Shown: piece by piece, positions 57,905-64,000 of the stretch
How the letters are laid out: the number at the start of each line of letters is the position of its first letter
Numbering within the stretch: position 1 is the stretch's first letter
NCBI GenBank assembly: GCA_001916775.1
Contig: MNTB01000030.1
Location: 33,962-97,961 of the forward strand
Direction of reading: 5' to 3'
Origin: Firmicutes bacterium CAG:321_26_22
Lineage (GTDB): Bacteria; Bacillota_I; Bacilli_A; RF39; UBA660
DNA: 64,000 bases
Translations under genes and position numbers: made by a program
The notes under the pieces: generated by a model
Told to the model about the DNA's origin: nothing
Database searches by the model: none
The model's input: only the letters and a program-made list of their open reading frames with translations

Positions 57905-58846
57905 CTACTTATCTATTATTTCTATATAATTTTCTGGAAATCCCATTCTATCTAATACTTTACTTATTGGAATGGTATCCACTCTTCCATCTAACAATTC
58001 TATTTCATATTCTATTTCTTTCATCATTAAACGAAAGGCTTTTTTATTTAGTAATATTTTAAAGATTATAATTACTGCAAATAAGTCATTTTTACCATAA
58101 ATATATTCGCCATCCATTTTTGGTATTTCCATCATATCATGATATTCTGTATCCGGTATTACCCTTTCGGTTTTATGTTCAAACACGATATCTTCATGAG
58201 CACATAAATTTCGATAGTTGGATAATATTATTAGTATATCTGATAAGACACTTGGTGTAGTATCAAAAACTTCTGCCACTTCAATTTGGTCTTCTTTCTT
58301 TAATATGGTATATAATTCACAAACTATTCCGAATGATAATACTTTTACTAAAACCCATAAGGGAATATAACCGTAGTTATTTATGTAGTGTATTGTAGCA
58401 TTATGGGTTGTAGCATTGATTCTTATTTGTCTTTTCATCTTATCAATTAAGTCACGAACACGGCGTGCTTTATCATGATCTTGAGTGAAGTTTTTAGGAT
58501 TTAAATAATCTTTTTCACGATATCCATACTTCTTGGATAATTGATATGATATTACTGATTTTAATTGATTTTCGATAACAAGTACATTTTTAAATATTAT
58601 ATTTCTAAAATTCCTATCAAATGTGAATAATGAGTATATTTCATCAAAAGTTGTACCGGGTATGAATTTTCTTTCTTTTTGTGATATAAGGAAGGCGTGA
58701 CGATAGCCCATTAAAAAGAAATAGTTTTCTCTGAGTAGGGTATCTTTAACGACATTTTCATCTTCAATTATAAGACCTTTGTTTTTTAATATTTCTACTT
58801 GTTCATTTATTGTCTTAAAATTTTTCTCCACAATATCAACTCCCAT
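57905..58846 (-). CDS. Abi_2-family abortive infection protein (AbiD/AbiF-like, HEPN-type RNxxAH motif)
   Basis: YFFLMGYRHAF and the YRNLCAHED motif. 313 aa. Confidence 0.7.
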   Translation of the reverse strand: MGVDIVEKNFKTINEQVEILKNKGLIIEDENVVKDTLLRENYFFLMGYRHAFLISQKERKFIPGTTFDEIYSLFTFDRNFRNIIFKNVLVIENQLKSVISYQLSKKYGYREKDYLNPKNFTQDHDKARRVRDLIDKMKRQIRINATTHNATIHYINNYGYIPLWVLVKVLSFGIVCELYTILKKEDQIEVAEVFDTTPSVLSDILIILSNYRNLCAHEDIVFEHKTERVIPDTEYHDMMEIPKMDGEYIYGKNDLFAVIIIFKILLNKKAFRLMMKEIEYEIELLDGRVDTIPISKVLDRMGFPENYIEIIDK

Positions 58847-58930
58847 TATTCTGTATTAAAGTATATCATAGTTTTGAAAAAAATGATATATTTTTTGTTA
58901 TTTTTTTGAAAAATAAAAGGAATACATCTA

Positions 58931-59287
58931 CTACTGGAGTTTAAAGTATATTCCTTTTTTTATTAGAATATCTGAAGAATTATAGTCTAATGGGACATAG
59001 CCATCTTTTAGTAGTTCTTCAATTACTATCATGTTATAGTTGGCTGCGAATAAGAGATTTATGACAAATAACATTGCAATACATATGATTATACCAATTA
59101 TAAAGGGAATGAAGCACATTATTAGGGTTGAAACTGCTACTTCAGTCATTAACATGATATAAAACATTTTATAATTCTTTTTCTTGATTGGATATAAGAA
59201 TCCTAGGTAAACCATTTCTGGTATAAAACCATAGTCGCATTCTACTGGTGGTGTATATTCATCATATTTTAAATATATTTTTTGCAT
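58931..59287 (-). CDS. small membrane protein (118 aa)
   Basis: Two hydrophobic helices. Confidence 0.4.
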   Translation of the reverse strand: MQKIYLKYDEYTPPVECDYGFIPEMVYLGFLYPIKKKNYKMFYIMLMTEVAVSTLIMCFIPFIIGIIICIAMLFVINLLFAANYNMIVIEELLKDGYVPLDYNSSDILIKKGIYFKLQ

Positions 59288-59352
59288 ATATTATCACCCT
59301 TCTTAGTCTCTATTAGAAGTATACACTATTTTTGTATTTTTTGAAAGTGTTT

Positions 59353-60015
59353 TTATTTATTTTGATAATATTTTTCGATTGAATCACTAATTAGAGTTAT
59401 TAATTTATTTTGATAATTGATATCTCTTAAAAGATAGTTATCGTTTGGATTGGATATAAATCCGGCTTCAATTAATACTCCTGGAAACTTTATATATTTA
59501 TACATGTAGTAAGTATTATCTTTTTTTATTTCTCTAACATTAGATATGTTTTCTTTTAGATGATTAGTTATGGTTTCAGCGATAATTTTATTTTCTTTAT
59601 TATTACCTGTATAAAATACTTGAAGACCTCTCCATGAAGGGGATGGTGAAGCATTTAAATGGATGGATATATACATATCAGGAGAAATATCATTTATATA
59701 TTTAGCTCTATTGTATAAGTCGTTTCGTTTTCTATTAATAGTTGTTGTGGATAAGTCGTTGTTATCTTTACGAGTTAGGTAAACGGTTGCTCCTCTTGAT
59801 ATTAATTCTTTTTCTAATTTTTTTGTAAGAATTAAATTAAGTTTGCTCTCTTTGATGGGACCACTGCTGGCACCTTCATCCTTGCCACCGTGTCCGGCAT
59901 CTAAAATTATTACCTTTCCCAGTAAATTTAAATTTTTTACAGTAGCAGTTACTCTGGGTAAACATAATGTGACAAGAAAAAAGCATATTATTATAAGTAG
60001 TTTATATTTATTCAT
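59353..60015 (-). CDS. cwlD: N-acetylmuramoyl-L-alanine amidase, Amidase_3 family (CwlD-like, germination-specific)
   Basis: Signal peptide, then ILDAGHGGKDEGA...HLNA...IEAGFISN. Confidence 0.75.
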   Translation of the reverse strand: MNKYKLLIIICFFLVTLCLPRVTATVKNLNLLGKVIILDAGHGGKDEGASSGPIKESKLNLILTKKLEKELISRGATVYLTRKDNNDLSTTTINRKRNDLYNRAKYINDISPDMYISIHLNASPSPSWRGLQVFYTGNNKENKIIAETITNHLKENISNVREIKKDNTYYMYKYIKFPGVLIEAGFISNPNDNYLLRDINYQNKLITLISDSIEKYYQNK

Positions 60016-60045
60016 ATTACACCTACTTAAATATATGCTTTTTAT

Positions 60046-61698
60046 TTATTCAAAATAACTTCCTCCAATAAACTCTCTTAATATTGAAGTTTTTGGTACA
60101 GTTTCACTTGGTATTGGTAAAACGAACTTTAATAATTCTATTAGTCTTTGAGCTAATTGATAGTTAGGGTCATCTTCGGATATGGTAAATAACAATGGCT
60201 CAGCATATGTTTTGATGACTGCTAGTTCATAGGCTAGACTGGTGTTAAACATAACATCGGCATTATCTTGATATGGGAAGACATATTTTTCTTCTCCATC
60301 ACGAACATCAGACCATGATTCAAGCGTTTTTGATGGATTATATCCTCTTGTTCGATTATCTCTTACAATTCTTCTTAATAATCTTAAATCAGTCATACCA
60401 ATACGATTATCATTATCAATATTTAGATATATTAATGGACTTATGTATACTTTAAACTTTTTCTTTCTAGGTATATTAGTTAATAATTCTTCATTTAAAG
60501 CATGTAAGCCTTCAATTATTAGAATATCATTATCTTTTAACTGAACTGTTCTTTTATATTCTTTTTTTCCTTCAATAAAGTTAAATGTTGGTACTGTTAC
60601 TTTAGTTCCCTTTAACATTTTACTAACTTGACTATCAAATAATTTTACATCAATAGCATTAAGAGACTCGAAATCCGGCTTACCATTTGGTCCTAATGGA
60701 GTTTCTGATCTTTCTAAGAAATAGTCATCTAATGATAGATGAGTGGGATTTAATCCTAGACTTCTTAAATATAAAGATAATTTCATGGCACTAGTTGTTT
60801 TACCTGAACTTGATGGTCCTGATAATAATATTACTTTATAGTCATCTTTATTTAAAACTATCTGCTCTGCGATACTAAGTAATTTATAGTCCTGCATTAT
60901 TTCTGATAACTGAATGATATCTCCGGCATTATTATTAGTTATAAATTCATTTAATTCTCCTAGGTTGTTTATATTTAAATTATTTCCCCATGTTCCATAT
61001 TCTTCAAGACTATTGAAATAATTCTCATGATGGGTATATTTTACTACTTTGTTATTATCATATATTGATGGGAATCTTACTACGACACCATGGCCTTTAA
61101 TTAATGATAGGTCAAAATATTTTAAAGAACCTGTTGTATATGGAAGGTCTCCAATTATATAGTTATAGGTATCTTCTAGTTTATATAGTGTTACAAAATT
61201 TGTTTTTATATAGAATAATGTTCTTACTTTATCTTCTCTTTTTTTATTCTTGAAATATGCTATGGCATCTGATTTAGATGTTTCTATTTTTGTAAAAGGT
61301 ATATTTTCTTTTATTTTTTCTTTCATTATCTTTTTTATTTTCGTTATATCTTCAGTAGTTAATGGTTTGTTTACTTTGCAATAAATTCCTTTATCAATTG
61401 AATGTTTAACTATTATTTGAGTATCTTTACCTAAAGCTTCAACTGCTGATACTTCAAATAGATAAAGTAATCCTTTTTCATAGATTTTATTTCCTTCTTT
61501 GGTATTTAAATCATATATATATAGTTTACCATTTTTAGTTAGTGTTTCTTCATAGTCAATCATATTATTGTTATAAAGGGCTCCTACTACGGTATTTGTT
61601 AATTTATCTTTTTCTTGTTCAATTATCTCTTTTAATTTTATTCCTTTTACATATTCTTTCTTTTTATTATTATCCAAAGTTATTATTATTGTTTCCAT
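60046..61698 (-). CDS. uridine kinase-like P-loop kinase fused to an N-terminal TGS/ThrRS-like domain
   Basis: Walker A LSGPSSSGKTTSA, followed by ILIIEGLHALN. N-terminal TGS-like region. Confidence 0.65.
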   Translation of the reverse strand: METIIITLDNNKKKEYVKGIKLKEIIEQEKDKLTNTVVGALYNNNMIDYEETLTKNGKLYIYDLNTKEGNKIYEKGLLYLFEVSAVEALGKDTQIIVKHSIDKGIYCKVNKPLTTEDITKIKKIMKEKIKENIPFTKIETSKSDAIAYFKNKKREDKVRTLFYIKTNFVTLYKLEDTYNYIIGDLPYTTGSLKYFDLSLIKGHGVVVRFPSIYDNNKVVKYTHHENYFNSLEEYGTWGNNLNINNLGELNEFITNNNAGDIIQLSEIMQDYKLLSIAEQIVLNKDDYKVILLSGPSSSGKTTSAMKLSLYLRSLGLNPTHLSLDDYFLERSETPLGPNGKPDFESLNAIDVKLFDSQVSKMLKGTKVTVPTFNFIEGKKEYKRTVQLKDNDILIIEGLHALNEELLTNIPRKKKFKVYISPLIYLNIDNDNRIGMTDLRLLRRIVRDNRTRGYNPSKTLESWSDVRDGEEKYVFPYQDNADVMFNTSLAYELAVIKTYAEPLLFTISEDDPNYQLAQRLIELLKFVLPIPSETVPKTSILREFIGGSYFE

Positions 61699-61817
61699 AT
61701 TATTCCTCCTTTTGGATAGTCTATATTATTATTATATCATAGTTTGTTATATTTTGTCATACTTTTTTTGTTATGAATAGACTATCTATATATTATACTA
61801 ATTATGGGTGACTAATT

Positions 61818-62390
61818 ATGAATTTAATTCCTACGATTATTGAAAAGAATGATATGGGCGAGAGAGCATATGATATTTATTCGAGATTATTAAAAGATAG
61901 AATTATTATTTTGAATGGAGAAATTAATGATAATACTGCTAATGTTGTGGTAGCAGAGTTTTTATATTTAGATAGTTTAAATAGTGATGATATTTGTTTG
62001 TATATTAATTCTCCTGGTGGTTCTATTACTGCGGGTATGGCTATCTATGATACAATGAATTTTATTAAAAGTGATGTATCCACAATTTGTGTGGGAATGT
62101 CGGCATCAATGGCTGCTTTTCTATTGGCTGTTGGTAAAAAGGGTAAAAGATGTATTCTTCCTAATGCTGAAGTTATGATACACCAGCCTCTTGGAGGAGC
62201 ACAGGGCCAGGCAACAGAAATAAAAATTGCCGCTGAAAGGATATTAAAACTTAAGAAAAAACTTAATAAAATTTTAGCCGAAGTTACTGGTAAAGATATT
62301 ACTACAATTGATAATGATACGGAAAGGGATTATTTTATGGATAGCAAGGAGGCTTTAAACTATGGTATTGTTGATAAAATATTAAAATAG
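61818..62390 (+). CDS. clpP: ATP-dependent Clp protease proteolytic subunit ClpP
   Basis: GMSASMAAF (Ser), MIHQPLGG (His), and Asp in a TERDYFM-like segment. Confidence 0.95.
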   Translation: MNLIPTIIEKNDMGERAYDIYSRLLKDRIIILNGEINDNTANVVVAEFLYLDSLNSDDICLYINSPGGSITAGMAIYDTMNFIKSDVSTICVGMSASMAAFLLAVGKKGKRCILPNAEVMIHQPLGGAQGQATEIKIAAERILKLKKKLNKILAEVTGKDITTIDNDTERDYFMDSKEALNYGIVDKILK

Positions 62391-62406
62391 AACTTCTATT
62401 GAAGTT

Positions 62407-63546
62407 CTATTCTGTTTTTGTATTTCCTGTTTTAGTATATCCTTCTAATGATGTTTCTGTTGACCATTTTATTTCTTTATTTTTTTCAACATAACGATAG
62501 TATGTTATGGTATCATAATCTCCTGATGGTTTTTCTTCTGTTATTTTAGGAGACATAAATTTAACTGTTACTTTTAATGGTACAAAGTATACATTATTAT
62601 AAGATGATATGGTTGTATTTATATCATTTAATGTAACATCTATGTAGAAAGATCCTTTACGATAGTATGGAGATAATTTATATGTAAAATTGTCTTCAGT
62701 TAATGAGTAATTTTTAATACTATCTGGTAATTTATTTATTTTTGTTCCTTTAGATATTGATGTATTATTACTAGATAAGAATTCTTTTTCATTATTTGAT
62801 AGGAATTCTACCTCTTTAACTATAGTAAAGTAGTAATCTTTATTTGGAACTTTATCTAATTTTATGGTGTAAGAAGCTGATGTGCTGTTTTTAGATACTG
62901 CTCCTAATGTGTAGTATTCTTCAGTTGCAGTACTATAATACTCATACTTATTTTCTATATTATCGCCAGTTTTATTGCCTTTTGCCCATTTACTATATGT
63001 TGTTGTTTCTTTTACATATTCGTAATATGTTGTTTTTGTAGTGTTTGTGCTAGTGTTAGTACTGGTTGTATCTTTGTTAGTATTCTTATTTGTATTATCT
63101 TTTGTGTTATCTTTAGTTTCTGTTTTTGTATTACAGTTTTTGCAATCTTTAAAACTAAATTTTCTTGTTATGGTATCTTTTTCTTTACCACATACTAAAG
63201 TAGTTTCTACTTTATAATCTTTTTTATTTCTAGTTATTTTGGAGTAACTTTTTTTTACGTCACAAGTTGATTTTTTATTTTCATTGATAGAAACAATTAA
63301 TTTTTTTTCTATCATTTCCTCTAATGTTATTTTAGTACTTTTTCCTTTTTCTTGTGGTAAATCTATTTCTTTAAAATAAGAAACTGCTACTTCTTCCATA
63401 TTATTAATATTGTTTTTAAATGTCTCTGATGGTTTACTACTATTTATTATTTTTGATACTAACCATATTAATATTATAGCAAATATGAATATGATTATTA
63501 TTTTAATAAATAAGCTTAACCAATTTATTTGTCTTTCATCTTCCAT
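62407..63546 (-). CDS. membrane-anchored Thr/Asn/Lys-rich protein (379 aa)
   Basis: N-terminal TM helix, then a low-complexity T/N/K region and a C-terminal domain. Confidence 0.45.
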   Translation of the reverse strand: MEDERQINWLSLFIKIIIIFIFAIILIWLVSKIINSSKPSETFKNNINNMEEVAVSYFKEIDLPQEKGKSTKITLEEMIEKKLIVSINENKKSTCDVKKSYSKITRNKKDYKVETTLVCGKEKDTITRKFSFKDCKNCNTKTETKDNTKDNTNKNTNKDTTSTNTSTNTTKTTYYEYVKETTTYSKWAKGNKTGDNIENKYEYYSTATEEYYTLGAVSKNSTSASYTIKLDKVPNKDYYFTIVKEVEFLSNNEKEFLSSNNTSISKGTKINKLPDSIKNYSLTEDNFTYKLSPYYRKGSFYIDVTLNDINTTISSYNNVYFVPLKVTVKFMSPKITEEKPSGDYDTITYYRYVEKNKEIKWSTETSLEGYTKTGNTKTE

Positions 63547-63739
63547 TATATAAAACCTCCCTATTTTGGTGATATTATATTAATTCAACAATGAATATTA
63601 TTAAACATATTATTAATAAAAATATTAGCAGTATGATTTCTTTTATGATGGTATTTATTTCTTTTATCTGTTTAATTATTTCTTTATTTAGCATATAATA
63701 TCTTCCCTAAAATTGTAATTTATTATAGCATAGAGATAA

Positions 63740-64000
63740 TTAGTTGTCAACAGATAAATAAACTATTGTGCATCCATCATTTAAGTTATCGGTATGATAT
63801 TTTGTTACTTCTTTTCTTTTACTTAATACATTATGAACTGATTTTCTTACTACTCCTAGCCCTTTACCGTGTATTATTAATATTTTATCATTTTTTAGTA
63901 TTATATTTTCATCTATAAAATCTTCGGTAGCTACGCGTGCTGTTTCTCTATCATAACCATGAAGATCTAGAGATGGTAAATTCTTTAAAAATATATCTTC
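63740..64000 (-). CDS. mutS2: Smr domain, C-terminus of endonuclease MutS2 (partial; gene continues beyond window end)
   Basis: Manual translation gives LDLHGYDRETARVATEDFIDENIILKNDKILIIHGKGLGVVRKSVHNVL..., the Smr consensus (LDLHG...IIHGKG). Confidence 0.7.
   Translation of the reverse strand, partial: EDIFLKNLPSLDLHGYDRETARVATEDFIDENIILKNDKILIIHGKGLGVVRKSVHNVLSKRKEVTKYHTDNLNDGCTIVYLSVDN

Noticed and set aside
1-64000. CRISPR arrays, rRNA or tRNA genes
   Set aside because: No regularly spaced direct repeats with unique spacers were seen, and no tRNA-like cloverleaf or rRNA-like conserved stretches were recognised.

Overview
This is a 64-kb chromosomal segment at roughly 25% GC from a spore-forming Firmicute, apparently Clostridia-like, since an intact pro-sigma-K gene is present. 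The segment is mostly transcribed on the minus strand. Conserved housekeeping blocks (uvrA; sigH-rlmB-mrnC; yqeG-yqeH; sigK; rlmN-stp-prkC-rsgA-rpe; cadC-cadA; pcrA; tsaE-tsaB-rimI-tsaD; htrA; cwlD; clpP; mutS2 C-terminus) are interrupted by accessory and defense islands.

Island 1 (1-11.9 kb) carries an HsdR N-terminal fragment, a frameshifted integrase, an AbiL-like ATPase plus RloB pair, a three-gene operon ending in a mini Mrr-type nuclease, a strongly acidic micro-protein, a metallophosphoesterase, an ABC-F ATPase and a DUF3800 protein.

Island 2 (16.7-21.5 kb) carries a tandem-HTH regulator, a standalone HerA-like ATPase and two transglutaminase-like paralogs.

Island 3 (47.4-54 kb) carries a membrane HNH/topoisomerase-zinc-finger protein, a candidate type I toxin-antitoxin pair, and a DpnII-like GATC restriction-modification cassette (Dam-like MTase, N6_N4 MTase, REase) flanked by 100-bp perfect direct repeats. 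It also carries a holin-endolysin pair whose Amidase_2 gene is split by a roughly 806-nt group I intron encoding an HNH homing endonuclease. An Abi_2 gene lies next to htrA.

A family of at least six intergenic double-hairpin repeats, with conserved loops, co-varying stems and a GAACAAC-GTGTGA core, marks the boundaries of the accessory cassettes. No tRNA, rRNA or CRISPR array was seen.
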